Positions 17,176 through 31,388 of a stretch of 64,000 bases of DNA are shown here, piece after piece. Under the pieces are notes generated by a model. It saw nothing but the letters and a program-made list of their open reading frames with translations, did no database searches and was not told the origin of the DNA. Source of the stretch: the human T2T-CHM13v2.0 reference genome, Homo sapiens. The stretch lies in the NCBI RefSeq assembly GCF_009914755.1, contig NC_060944.1; one strand, given 5' to 3'. Each line of letters starts with the position of its first letter. The first letter of the stretch is position 1. The translations under genes were made by a program, and so were the position numbers.

Positions 17176-18979
17176 TCAGCTGGAGTTGTCCCCTTGTAGC
17201 AGCCCCATCTGTCTGTCGTGAGCATGGGCTGTGGAGAGGTGTGAGAATATCAGACTCCTAGGGCTGGTGACCTCGGGAGGCGTCTGTCATCCTCTCATTT
17301 TTATTCCCTTCTCATAACACCTGGAGTCAAGTCTGAACACACAGGACTTCAATGTCTGGGGGACCAGAAACTGAGATAAAAATGATACTAACCTTGAGGA
17401 GAGTTTTGAAAAGCCAGCGGCCAAACCAATGAGAGGTATGGCGCACATTGTCCTGATCACCTCCGTGGATCTGTAAGCAGCAGACAGGATTTCCAAAACG
17501 TGAGGAATGAGGACTTTATGTATTCATATAAGCACTCAAAATGTGCTATCTGAGCTCAAGGCAAGAGGTAGTCACAGCATTTGATGTAACAATTAGGGCC
17601 GAAGAAAGGCAGGAGGCAACATTTTCTTGCAGTCCTCTTTTGGAAGATTCACTTCTGCATAAATGTGTTCACCTGAACCGAAGGTGGTCCTGTGCCCCCT
17701 GTTCATACATGTCACCACCTCCACTCATCAGCTGGGCTTCTCAGAGATGGTGCACGTCCGTAACCAGTTCTGAAGGCCTGAGGGACTCTGGGAGCAAGGT
17801 GGAATTCACATCTGCTAGCTCATCACGCCAACCTGGGGAAATTGTCCCACCCTCTGTGAGGAGACAGTGCAGGTGTCCCTCGAGAGCCCGCCCATTTCAA
17901 GTGACATGACACCTTTTGGTGTCGGAAATACGAACTCAATAAATCAGTCAGGGACTGCTGGAATTTCTGCAAACTGAAAACTGTTCCCCCTCTTTAGCCT
18001 TTACTGTGATTTGACCACAGGAGGAGAATTTCTGTATGTGACCAAAAAGGCAAGAAGAAAATATTCAAATCCAGGCAGCGTGTGACAGGAGAGTGACTCG
18101 TGTGTCCATGTCTAGTGCTTTTCCTCGCTCAAAGGGGTGGCATCCCTGTTTTACATGTGATGAATCTGAGGTTCCAGCTGCTGGTTTTCCATCTGGTCTT
18201 ATGTTAGAATCACATATGATTAATTCACTTATAAAGTTCCACATGCCCAGAGAGAGCATCAGAGACCTGGGCGTCAGGAGTGTTGAAGCCCCTGAGTGAG
18301 CCCCGGGGTAGCCCACCCCAAGGACATTGGTGACTTGCCCAAGGGTCTCAGCTAGGAAGGGGTAGGTCAAAATTTAACTCCAAATCTCATGCTTTTTCTA
18401 TTCTATTATACTGACTAACCTGTATCTTAAGGTCAAGTGGATCCAAATTATCTAAATCAAAACCAAAAACCCCAGCTTTCTATTAAAAAATCAATTTTTG
18501 TAAAGTTTACCCCAGAAAAAAGTGCAAACAAATACTGAACCCCAGTTAATGGTGTGATGCTGAAGTGTTTAGGGGGAGTGTCCTGCTGTGTGCAACTCAC
18601 TCTGACATGGATCAGAAAAGATAAGATGAAGCGATGGGTGGATAAGAGGATGAACAGGTGCACGAATAATGATAAAGTTGGTGCGGTAAAGATGCTAGTT
18701 GTAGAACCTAAGTGATGAATATGTGAACATTCACTATATAATTCTTTTAAGTGTTCTGTCTGTTGTATCTATTTGAAGTGCAGGTTGATGCCAGGAGTAA
18801 AAAAGATGTCTTCTCTGCACCATTTGTTGACTTATCCACTTTTAATCTGCTGTTTGAAAATGGTCATATACCAATTTCAGTATTGTATTTTATAATGTTA
18901 TAGAGTTTATATGGACAGGCAAAATCTTCTGGCAGAGTTGATTTACTGAACAAATGTGTAGCAACACTGCTCTGAAAAT

Positions 18980-20300
18980 ATATGGGCCATCACATTTAAA
19001 CGTAAAGTGCTTAGCTATAAAGCTTTTAGAAGAAAACAGAAAATCTCTGTAACCTAGGGTAAGGTGAAGAGTTCTTAGCTATGACATCAGAAAAACAATC
19101 TATAAAAGAAAGAATAGACAAATTTTACTTAATCAAAATTAAAAACTTTTGCTCTGCAAAAAAACACTGTCAAATGATGAAAAGACAAGCTACACAATGG
19201 GAGAAAAATATTTGTAAATTGCATATCTGACAATTTGTATCCAGAATACAGAAAAATTATCTCTTAAATTTAAATGTAAGAAATTGCAACCATCTAGTTT
19301 AAAAATAGGCAAAATATTTGAACAGACACTTCATGAAAGGGAATATATAAATGGCAAATAAGCACACAAGAAAGATATTTGACATCATTAGCCATCAGGG
19401 AAATGCAGACTAAAACCATGATTATATACCACTGCACACCTCAGAATAGCTAAAATCCAAAATGTTGAAAATACTAGGTACTGGCAGGGATGCAAAGTAA
19501 CTGGAACTCTCATACATTGCCGGTGGGAATGCAAACTGGAACAGCAACTCTGGAAAACACTGTCAGTTTCAAACACCATATGACCCAGCAATCCTACTCC
19601 AAGGTATTTGTGCTAAGGAAATAAAACCTTACATTCACACAAAAACCCATACATATATGTCTATAACATGTATTTCTAATAACTCATAATTGGAAAAGCA
19701 AATGCTCTTCATTTTTGGATGAATGGATTAAACACATCGTGTTACTTATTATGGACTATTACTCAGGAAAAAAAATGAATGAACTATGGATACACCCAGC
19801 AACCTGGATCTCGAGGGTATTGTGCCAGTGGAAATGGTCAGCCTCAAAAGGTTGATATACTGTATGTTTCCATTCCTATGCCTGCTCGAAAAGACGAAAC
19901 TGTAACAACCAACAGCAGTGCAGTGATTGCAAGGGGTTAAGGATGGGGAAAGGTGGGATATGAAAAGGAAAAATGAGGGAGTTCTTTGGAGGTGATGAAG
20001 CATTTCTGTATCTTGGCATACATCTATACATGCAACAAAATCCATAGAACTACACACTGCAAACACACACACGCACAAGAATGAGGCACAGATACACTGG
20101 TGAAATCCGATTAAGGTCTGTGGTTTAGTCAGAAGTGTTATACCAATGTCATTTTCTGGATTTTGATCATTGCATTATGGTTATGTAAGAGGCAAGCAAG
20201 GGTATATGGGAACTCTCTGTTCTATCTTTGCAGTTCCTACAGGAACTCTGTTCTATTTTTGAAAATTTTATGTAAGTCCAAAATTATTTCAAAGTGCATA
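18980..20300 (+). mobile_element. Old L1MC/L1ME-type 3' region
   Basis: ORF2 C-terminal remnant (aaaattaaaaacttttgctctgc, ccatatgacccagcaatcctactcc) and 3'UTR. Confidence 0.75.
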
Positions 20301-20621
20301 TATATATATACACACACACAATATTTCAAAGTGTATATATATAACTTATACATATATACACAGATATACATTTATATTATATGAAGTCATGTTTAATGAA
20401 TTTGAATATTCTTTCTGTAGTCTTCAAACTGTAACTAAAAATATCACTTAAATACATGCTTTTCTTTCAACAAAGCAGAACATTTTAGAACAGTGAAGAA
20501 AAAAAGGAAGTTAGTGATTATTAAAAATAGCTAATGTCCAATTACCTAGAACACCCCAGCCCATCCCTTGATAAATAACCAGAGGTTTACTATAATTTGG
20601 TTTTACACAGAGGCAACCTTT

Positions 20622-21066
20622 TGAAATTGACCCATTGACAGTTTTTTTGAAGAAACAGACATTGACCCTTCTGATCTTAAAGCCTGAAACTTACATTTGT
20701 TTTATCTGAGCTCCTTCTTCAAGAGAGGACCTTCAGGCCTTTCAACCCAAAAAAATTATCAAAGAACTGAAACTTACCAGATCACTGTATCCAGAGAAGG
20801 AGATGCCAGACCCCTCATTCATCACTTGATTGCTTCCTTAGGCCTCCCTGGTTCCTATTTTCTTACACACTGTTACATTACTTCTCTGCTATATAAACCC
20901 CTAATTTTAGTGGGTCAGGGAGATGGATTTGAGACTGAGCTCCCATCTCCTCAGCTGTAGCACTGAATTAAAGCCTTCTTCCTTGGCAATACTCCTTGTG
21001 TCAGTCATTGGCTTTCTGTGTGGCAAGCAGCAGGACCTAGACCTAACCCCTGGTGTTTCAGTAAGA
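20622..21066 (+). mobile_element. ERV1-class solo LTR (LOR1-like) with 4-bp TSD CTTT
   Basis: Collinear with 12094-12897; TATA (gctatataaaccc) and ATTAAA intact; CTTT at 20618-20621 and 21067-21070. Confidence 0.85.
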
Positions 21067-21519
21067 CTTTAGTTTGGAAAATACTCAAATCCTTGCAACC
21101 TAGGCAGCCCAGCTGAACCACAGTCGCATTCTGGCGTGAGGGGATGTGGCCAGGGGGCCAGCCAGGAGAGCTCAGAGAGACTGGGCGGGAGGCTCCTGGA
21201 ATCACCTGAACTCAGGGTTCTCCTGTGCCACATCTTCGGCAGCTGGCTCTTCTTGTTGCAGAGATGAGAGATGCAGATTTAAGGCTCTCAAACTGCAGAG
21301 GGCTGGTGACTTTGGCCACTGCCTGGAACTCTTGAGAGCGTGGAGCGACTGGTCAGGTGGGAGACCCACATTCTTCCCACTCTGGAGTAAGGTGGTTCTC
21401 ATTCAAGCCGAAGAAGCTTCTGGTGCCCTTGGGTGGAGGACAGGGTTGGGCAGGATATGGGGAGTAGAGATGGCCACTGGCCTCTTAAAGGAAGAGATAC
21501 AGTTGTGTTCATATGCACC

Positions 21520-21715
21520 CCTCCCAGAGCAAGCTGGATGGATCTCAAGAGTGGAAAAGGCCAGACTCAAAAGGTTGTATACTGTATCTTTCCATTCCCA
21601 TGGCATTTTTGAAAAGATGAAACTGTAACAACTGATAGTGCAGTGGTTGCCAGGGGTTAAGGATGGAGGAAGGGTGAGATATACAGAGGAAAAATGGGGA
21701 AATCATTCTTGGTGC
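21520..21715 (+). mobile_element. L1MC/ME 3'UTR fragment resembling 19790-19995
   Basis: ctcaaaaggttgtatactgtat...cagtggttgccaggggttaaggatgg. Confidence 0.65.
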
Positions 21716-23018
21716 TCATAAGAAGCTCAGAGACGATTCAGATGGGTAGTGTGGATGGATGGATGTCAGGTTCCTCCAAGCTTGCCCTCTGTTCCAGGGA
21801 GGATTGGCACTCTACCAGCCTCCTCCACCTCCCAGCCCCCGTCCTGACCCACATTAGTCTGAAGTTTTACCCACTGCTCTGCTGTAAGTTCCTTCTGGCT
21901 CCTGGCGGTGGTTCTGTTCTGCTTTTGAGAGTGGGCATCCTGTGAAGAGCATTCCTGTGGCGCAAGTGAGAATTACCATGCAAGCAACGTACATTGTAAG
22001 CAGAGGTACTCATTTAGTAACTGGATCAACAGGCAATGATAACTTGACATTCAGCTATGAAACCAGCCCTTCTGGATGGGTCATAGAAGGCTGCATCCCT
22101 ATTTATGTCCCAGTCACGTAGATTGATGTGGGATGAGCTCGGTTTTGTTCAGGCAGGGAGAAGTGGTCTGGCTCTCCACAGTCCTGTGTGTGTGATGCCC
22201 ACTCCCTACCCCCAGCTTTGCCTGTGCTGCTTTCCCTGCACCCAAGTCCTTTAATGAGTCACGGGCTGCCAGACCCTTCTTCACAAGGCCTGAAGTCCAG
22301 TGTACAACACAAATTATATCCACACTGTGAAAATAAAAACATACGAGAATGAAAAAGAAGGAGAAAACAGTATCATCGCCAGCTTACACTGATGGCCTGC
22401 TGCGCCCTGGTCACTTTGACCTGAATCACGTAGTGATCTTTCACACCAAGTCCTGGAAAGCTTTGGCCCACCCTGTCATTGAAGACCAAGGTATGCATCT
22501 GTTCATTGCACCCATCTGTTTGGCAGCGGTGATGAGGTTTCTCATCCTGCATGACGTATTCGTCATGTGTCTGTCACCTCCTCTCAAGTGTCCCAGAGTC
22601 TCATGGTCGTGTTCCACATAGGGCTGCCCCAGGGCAGTAATGGGGGTATCCAGCAACCCCCAGTTCCTCCACAGGCTCTGCAGCAGGTGCTCTCAGCTCC
22701 CCTTACCCCACACCTTCTCAGGTGTTACCCTTGCCTGAGACACCCCTGGGCCTGAACTTTCTCTGGAGACCTGAAGTCTGCCCTGCAAAGGGTGGGAGAA
22801 TCTCTGCCCCCAGGAGACCAGGGTCAGTTTATTCCAGAGAGATAACTCAGAATACATCTTACACTGATTTCCTCGAGGTCCCAACAGGAGCAGCCTCCAG
22901 GCTCCCACTTCTCTTCCCCATCATCTTTGCTGAGATCACCTCCCAAAAAAGCATTTGCACCTGAATCCTTTATTCAAGCTCTGCTGCAAGGAGCCAGGCC
23001 TCAAGAATGCGTTTGTTA

Positions 23019-23353
23019 GGCGGGGCACGGTGGCTCACACCTGTAATCCTAGCACCTTGGGAGGCCAAGGTGGGCAGATTGCCTGAGCTCAGGAGTTTGA
23101 GACCAGCCTGGGCAACACAGTGAAACCCCGTCTCTATTAAAAACCTAAAAAAAAAAAAAAAATTAGCCAGGCATGGCGGCATGCACCTTTAGTCTCAGCT
23201 ACTCAGGAGGCTGAAGCAGGAGAATTGCTTCAACCTGGGAGGTGGAGGTTGCAGTGAGCCGAGATTGTGCCACTGCATTCCAGCATGAGTGACAGAGCTA
23301 GGCTCTGTCTCTAAAATAAATAAATAAATAAGTAAATAAATAAATAAATAAAA
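23019..23353 (+). mobile_element. Alu (AluS-like) with (TAAA)n tail
   Basis: Full dimer; degenerate TSD aatgcgtttgtta/aatgcatttgcta. Confidence 0.95.
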
Positions 23354-26300
23354 ATAATGCATTTGCTAAAGCTGCCCTCCCAGGCCACTGAGCACTTCCA
23401 GGCCACAGGAAGAACTTAGCCTGATGGGTGAACTCAATGAAGGAACTTCTTATCCTACTCTAACCATTGGATTAAATGCCTATAGCTAGTTAAAAGACAA
23501 GTATTTCAATTAATGCAGGAATATGGAAAACAAGTCCTCTAATATAATGATATGTCTTATCACATCATAAAACCTGAAGTCCAGTGTACAACACCATTAC
23601 CTTCACAAAGACAAACCAGGAGCTACACACAGAGGTGAATCTTAATGAATTTCATTTCATTCGGCTCCTGCTTCCAGAACATTACAGATCCCTAGGGCCG
23701 TCGTTAGGTGCTAATCAGAAACTTCTCAGAGGAGAAATACATTTGTGCTTTACCCAGGACAAGCAGACATTAACAGAGACAGTTCTCTTTTGACAACTTC
23801 CCTTTGTGAATGAATGCTTGTCTCCCTGGAGCACGGTAGATATTGCCAGGGAAACCCTGGATGTGCTTCCCCAGCCTCATCCCATTACTTCTGGTGAGGT
23901 TTTTGTCTGACACAAGTGAATGCAGAATGCAGCCTTACAAGGGCTTTCTTCCCAAAGTTTGCCTTCCAGGACCCCATCCCTGCCTCAAAGAGCTGAACGT
24001 TTTTGAAAGGGAGTTCAAGTCTCCCACTAATCATGTCTATTGATGATGGGAATTGAGTCTTCATGGGGATGTGCTAGGAGCTAAGACCTAAAGCACCCAT
24101 CCCAAAGGAAGAAAACAAAATTTAAAGAAATAGGACGGAGGTGATCCATTAAGGCAGGTCTGGTCAGCTTCAACCGTTCTGCCCATACACACTGAACGTT
24201 CATTTATTCCCAGAGAGTCTGTTTGCAAATAATCTTCTTCAGATATTTGCAAGCATCTACTCTGGCCCCAGAATCAAACTGGGAGCTTCCAAAAGAGAAA
24301 AGCTCAGTCCTGACCTCCAAGGGCTGGAGCGTGGTGTGCACCTCATTTACAGCAGTCAAGCCCCAAACGCTCACAATGGGAACTTCATCTCATTTGTTCT
24401 AGGACGTGCAAGGCATTTGTGTTTTATTTAATTTATCTTGCGAGGTTAATATATTTTTCTGTACAGAAAAGTTTCATATTTTATGCACCTAACTGGATTA
24501 TTTTCTTCTAAAAATACCTCCCTCCTCAAAGAATATAAAATGATTTAGGAATATTGGACTAGATACTACTAGGAGGAAAAATCTGTTTACTTCTGAATGA
24601 TGCATTGACTCGCTCATTTTTGAGCATTATACATTAATTTATTTATTTTAGCTGAGATCCATTTGTTTTAGAAAAGATTGCCTGGGAAGCCAATACACAA
24701 AACAGGAAAAGCCTGAGCTGTTTGGGCCTGGGCAGGTTCAGGGACTCTGAGACATCCACCCCACACCCCCCACCACCACTTGCCCCTTCATGGAGGCCCC
24801 AGGCCCTGAAGAGCACAGTGAGAAACCACTGCATCGGTGACAGCACGAAAGTCCCTCTCCTTCAGTGACACATGGCATCGCCACCCACATTGTCTTGTGC
24901 TCTGTGACGTCCCTCAAAAACCAAATGGAGACCAAATGGTTAGACCAGGCCCACCACTGATGGCAGAGGGCATGTTTTCCCCATTTTCAGGGGCACAAAG
25001 GTACATATATCCTTGTGACTACAGCAAAATCTAATATGTTGCAATTAGAAATACTTATTTACTAGAAAATCTGGTGTTTTTGTTGGTTGAATTATCTGGG
25101 TAATGGAGAGCTGATTAACAAAGAATAACTGAATTCTCAGATTTTAGGAATTAGAATAAAGAGTGAAATACAGTTGACATTTTAACGACATTGCCCACGA
25201 TTTCATTTTCTTATGATGGTTCCGAGCTCTAGTTTGTGGCTGATGATTGTTGAGCGTTTCTGCTGTACCTGCTTTGGGCTGTTGCGATGTGTGATGGAAG
25301 ACAGTTGATCGGGGGGCACGTGCCCCTGGCATCACATACCTGGAAGGGGCTGGGTCAAGGCGGGGCTCTGAGATCTGCTTTGCCCCTTGTCATGGTTGAC
25401 TCCTGAGTTGTGAACTCACAGATCGCATCTGAGCACTTGGCGCTGACGGGAAGGGAGTCACAGACATGAACTCTACCCATGTGCTAAATAGTAATGACCA
25501 CCCCCGTCCCTGGACTCCCCAGCCCTGCCCCCAGGCTGGGCACTTGCTCCCCACCCTCAGCAGTGCCTCAGGCCCTGACGCCTCCATGGCCCCCTGTCTC
25601 CTCCTCCCCATCCCATCTCTCAGCAATCCAGCATGGACGTCCGTAAGGATTCCTAAATCCTCACTTCTGTTGAGAAAGCCATGGATCTCTTCCCATCCCC
25701 TTCCTCAGTTCTCCACCTGACCCATCCAAATGTAACAACCTGCTCAGCAGACAAGCTTTTTAAAAGGCAGTTTTAAAGTGGAGGGGTTTTGTCAGTTTGT
25801 TGTTGCTTGTTTCACACCAGTATGTGAAATATCCTCTTTCTACAAAAAAAAAACTGCTACCTAGGAGGAAAAACTAAAAGTATGACAGCATATACCCAAG
25901 ATGATTGGTCAGTAATTTAGGGCAATGTGTGTTCAAATATGAAAACAGGGTTTCCTAGGACTCTGCACTCTGGAACCCCCAGATCTCCATACAGCTGTGT
26001 ATGTGTGAGCCCTGTGTGCATCACACATTGGGGGTTCTCAGGAGATGTCTGTGGTTTTTACGTGACCTGACTTCAAGTAAAGGAGAGAACAAGGGGCCTC
26101 GAGATGTTGAAGAAGCCTGGTGCAGAGAGGATGGTTTGACATGGGCAGAAGGGGTCGGGTTTTCTACAGCCAGGCAGCCCACAGAAAACCCCTGAGGGAC
26201 CCAAGTGGACCCCTGGGGCTTGCCCCGATGGTGCAGGTGCTGGAGGATGGCCCCAGCACTGGCCCTGCAAGGTCTCCATGGCTCACATCTCAGACACGGG

Positions 26301-26859
26301 CCTCACCCACGTGGCTCACGAAGACTCATTCCCTTCTGTGGGAGTGGAAGCTCTTGCCTGGAGACCTCAAAGGCAGCTGGGTCCACTTCCACACACCTGT
26401 GATGTGGACAGAGGGTATCTCGCTCCAGGCTGTCTGCCAAGACCAGAGAACATGAGTGCACCTCCCGTAGATGCAGAGGGGCTTGAGCTGTGTCTTCTGC
26501 CTACAGCTTTCCCAGGTGCTGTCCTTGGTCCTGTCCTCAGTTGCCCTGGAGCCACCATAAATAAGACAGTCTTGAGCGTGGCCAAGTCATCATTCTCACC
26601 CAACGTTGAAACCCTTCTCTGGAGGCACATGTAAATGATGGTGAAGATGTATGCCCTGGAGAGCATAGGAAGGCATTTCAGAGGGTGAAGAGAGGATCAG
26701 AGGTCAGGCAGCAGGGCTGAATGCAGAGTATTCATGGGTAATGATAGGCCCAAAGGAAGGTGGAGCTGCTGGTTACTCCACTGTCCTCTGTGCAAATTGT
26801 AGGGGCTTCACCACTTTAGTTAGTGTTGTTCATATTGGCTTAGGCCACAGGCGAATCCC

Positions 26860-27600
<741 letters not shown>

Positions 27601-27711
27601 AGAGGGTCAGATCCCACGAGACTGCTGTGAGCGCAAGGTCAGAGATCACCAGATCCTCACTTTTGTGCCTTTCCACAGTGTCAGGCTTTTTATTGATGCT
27701 GCATTCTCCAT

Positions 27712-28328
27712 CATAAAGGCCACGAGCTCCCTGGAGTTCCCAGGAGGTATTCTCCTTAGTGCTTCCCCTTGCCTCGAGAGTGAGAGTGGCCAGCACGCAG
27801 GCTTGAGCCGAGCCACCCGTCAGTCAGTATTGCAAACCGTACATCACAGTATATTTAATCAACATATAAATGTTATAGATTAAACATTCCACAACAAACT
27901 AAGTAACATTTAACATCAAGAGAAAAGGGATAGGAAAAGGGGTTCGTGTTCCAGTCCAGGGAGAGTGGCGAGAATGGAAAGAATACACTGGCCTGGCCCG
28001 GGTGCTCCGTCAGTGGTCAGTGTCTTGCAAGGAATAGTCTTTGCTGTGGGCGGAGCCTTCAATGGCAGATGCTGGGCCCTTATCACAAGTGATGGCAAGA
28101 TGGTGTCTGTTAAAATGACTGTTTTCGAGCTGCTGAAGTCTTGCTCTTTTTATGGCTGCAGAGTCCTCTGGTGAGGACTAATAGTGGCAGAATGTGCTTG
28201 GTTAAATCCTTGTCTGGTTGGATGCAGCCTTTATTGATCAGGCAAAAAAACTCTGGTCTCTGTTTGAAAACTCTGTTGCCCTATGAAATATAAGATGGAG
28301 TCTTTCTAAGATGGAGTCACTTATGTCA
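27712..28328 (-). mobile_element. ERV1/MER4-group LTR (subfamily not assigned)
   Basis: The - strand starts TGACATAAGTGACTCCATCTT, typical of MER4-group LTR starts; the left boundary is approximate. Confidence 0.55.
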
Positions 28329-28344
28329 AAGGTGCTCTATACAA

Positions 28345-28530
28345 CGAACGGCACAGTCCAATAGGACCTTCTGAGGTGGTGGAAACGTTCTGCATCTGTG
28401 CTGTCCCACGTGACAGGCATGGGACACGTGTGGCTCCTGAGCATGTGGTGTCACTGAGGGACCAGTGTTGGTTGTGTGTACTTGTGAGCACTTTAAGCGG
28501 ACACAGCTCCACGTTGGCCAGTGGCTGCCA
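28345..28530. mobile_element. MER3-like hAT-Charlie DNA transposon remnant
   Basis: gtccaataggaccttctgaggtggtggaaacgttctgcatctgtgctgtcc...cacgtgtggct. Confidence 0.6.
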
Positions 28531-29220
28531 GGCTCCTCAGTGCAGATGTGGCCATTGGGACCGCCACCCTTGGATGGTGCGTGAGATGCTCACCAGAGTC
28601 GGTGAGCACAGAGAAGTGAGCCATGGGTGGTGTTCAGCTTCCCACTCCTGAAACAGGTGCCTCACACTCTTGCTCACAAAGCTGCCATGAATGCTGAACA
28701 TTGTGATGTGCAAACATTTGGTGTCATGCCCTGCGCTATGATTATTTTGTTAAAATATTCCCAGGAAGAAAACCCCGAGGGAACTGAGAGCCCTCTCTCT
28801 CTGTGGAGGTAAGGAAAACTGGGCTAGAACAGGCAGGCGATGCAGTAGAATGGGCGGCCCTGGAGGGCACCTGCCTTTCTCTGCCTTGGCTTTAGCTCAA
28901 AACTATGGGACCTCTGCATGAATTGCAGACTCCTTCGCAATGTTTTCAGTCCGCAGATGTACAGATTAAATGACTCATGAAGAGGATTCTTTAAGACAGC
29001 TGCAGTGCGTGATGAGTCTTTCTTGGTGTTGGGGATTGTGTGTATTTCTCTGCTTGGCTTGTTGGTATTTGTGTGGCCTCTCCTAGGCCAGCCTCGTCTC
29101 CTCTCCTTCCTCGCGAGTGGCATGATGCCCACAACCATTTATACTCCAGAACATTCCTGGCAGAAGAGGAACAAAGAAAAGAGCTGGGGTGTTTTTGTCT
29201 GCCCTGTAATTTGTCTGAGC

Positions 29221-29530
29221 TTTGTTTGTTTGTTTGTTTGTTTGATTTTTGAGACGGAGCCTCACTCTGTTGCCCCGGCTGGAGTGCAATGATGCAATCT
29301 TGGCTCACTGCAACCTCCACTTCCTGGGTTCAAGCAATCTTCTGCCTCAGCCTCCCAAGTAGCTGAGACTACAGGCATGCACCACGAAGCTCAGCTATTT
29401 ATATTTTTTTAGTAGAGACAGGGTTTCACCATGTTGCCCAGGCGGGTCTCGAACTCCTGACCTCAAGTGATCCTTCCACCTCAGCCTCCCAAAGTGCTGA
29501 GGTAACAGGTGTGAACAACCATGCCCACCC
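29221..29530 (-). mobile_element. Alu with (TTTG)n tail
   Basis: Full antisense dimer. Confidence 0.95.
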
Positions 29531-30514
29531 CTCAGTTTTTAAAATCTATTTCAATCAAAGTTGACAAATTATTTTGATGTCATCTAGCCTCAGCTTGGTA
29601 ATTTACAGAGTGTGATTCCTTTATGCTTCTAAATTAAAATCTGCGAAGACTGGAGGAGTGCCCTGAAAGCTAAATCTTTGCTTCTTGGGGACTGTGTAAT
29701 GCTAAAGCAATTTCTAAAGATGGAAGGCAATGCCTCCAAGTGCCTACGTGGTCCGGGTCAACGGTTCCCCAAGCGTTGACTAAGATCGGGAAAACCTCAC
29801 TGTTGCCATGGGCCTCTCCGTCACCACCATGAGACAGACTTAGCAAGAAGCAGAGTCATCAGAGTCCTGGCAGGGAGAGGGGAGGAAGACACCTCATCTT
29901 CTCATGAGAAGCAATGGAGGCAAAGTGGGGTTTGTGTGCAGCCAAAGCAGCCATGTGCAAACCCAGCACGCAGCTCAGAGCCCTGGGTGCGCAGCTGGCA
30001 TCGGGGATTCCAGACTCCAGCAGCCACTCACAGGATGGTTTGTGAGTGGACGTGTTTTAACCTCTTGGAGCCTCAGCTTTGTCCTTTGTAAAACATAAAC
30101 GACAATGACAATGAAGATAGTAATAACACCATCTGTAAACTAAAAATAAAGAAACTAAAAGATAAATAAACAGACAGGCGGATTTTTTGTTTTTTTGCAA
30201 GGATACGTCGGGATCCATGGCTGCCGTGCTCCCTGAGGTCAAGGGCTGAGCTGCGCACTGGAGAAATGGCCATTCCCCAGCCTGGCTCTGCTGCTTTCAG
30301 GAGTCTTGGACATGGGTTGGTTTGTCAGAGATTGGACCTCCCGAGCATCTCCTGCAGAGATAGCCCCTTCTGAAGCTCAGCAGTTCCAAAACCAGCTCTC
30401 TGACACCCCCGAAGCCACATGTTTTCAGTGAGGGATGGAGAGTGGAGTCGACAGGGCCGTGTGTGATGAGGTGCAGCGGGGCAGATACCCAGATTCCATG
30501 GGGCAAGCCTTCCA

Positions 30515-31388
30515 CACTGCACAGCCTCCATGTTACATGCCATTCATACTGCACATCCTCCCCACTGCATTTCCTCCATGTTGCATGTGCTCCATGTTGC
30601 ACATCCTCCCCGCTGCATGTCCTCCCAACTGGACTTCCTCCCCACTGCACGTCCTCACCCCTGCACATCCTCCCTACTGCAGGTCCTCACCCCTGCAAGT
30701 CCTTCCAACTGCACAGCCTCCTCCCTTCACATCCTCTGCACTGTACGTCCTCCCACCTGCACATCCTCCCTGCTGCACGTCCTCCCCACTGCACATCCTC
30801 CCCTCTGCACAGTCTCCATATTGCATGTCCCACCCCCTGCATGTCCTCCCCCCGCACATCCTCTCCGCTGCATGGCCTCCCTCCTTCATGTCCTCCCCCC
30901 TGCATGGCCTTCCCACAGCATGTCCTCCCCCATGTACGTCCTCCCCCTTCACGTCCTCCCTGCTGCACTCCCTCCCCACTGCACTCCCTCCCGATTGCAA
31001 GTCCTCCCCGCTGCACATCCTGCCCCCTGCACTTCCTCCCCACTTTATATCCTCCCCACTGCACATCCTTCCCCCCTTCACATACTTCCCACTGCACGGT
31101 CTCCCCCCTTGACGTCCTCCCCATTGCACGCCCTCCCCTCTCATGCTGTCCCCACGGCACGGCCTCCCCCCTGCATGGCCTTCCCCTTGCATGGCCTCCC
31201 CCCATATGTCCTCCCTTCTGCATGTCCTCCCCGCTGCACATCCTTTACCCTGCACATCCTCACCCCTTCACATCCTTCCCCCTGCACGTGCTTCCCCCTG
31301 CATGTCCTCACCCCTGCACATCCTCCCCCCTGCATATCCTCCAAGTGGCACACCCTCCCCACTGCTTGTCCTTCCCACCGCACGTCCT
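30515..31388. repeat. C-rich minisatellite, 16-bp unit (consensus ~MCTGCACATCCTCCCC), about 54 diverged copies
   Basis: Periodic ctgca[c/t]..cctcccc units read directly; they produce the spurious Pro/His/Cys-rich ORFs in all frames. Confidence 0.95.
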
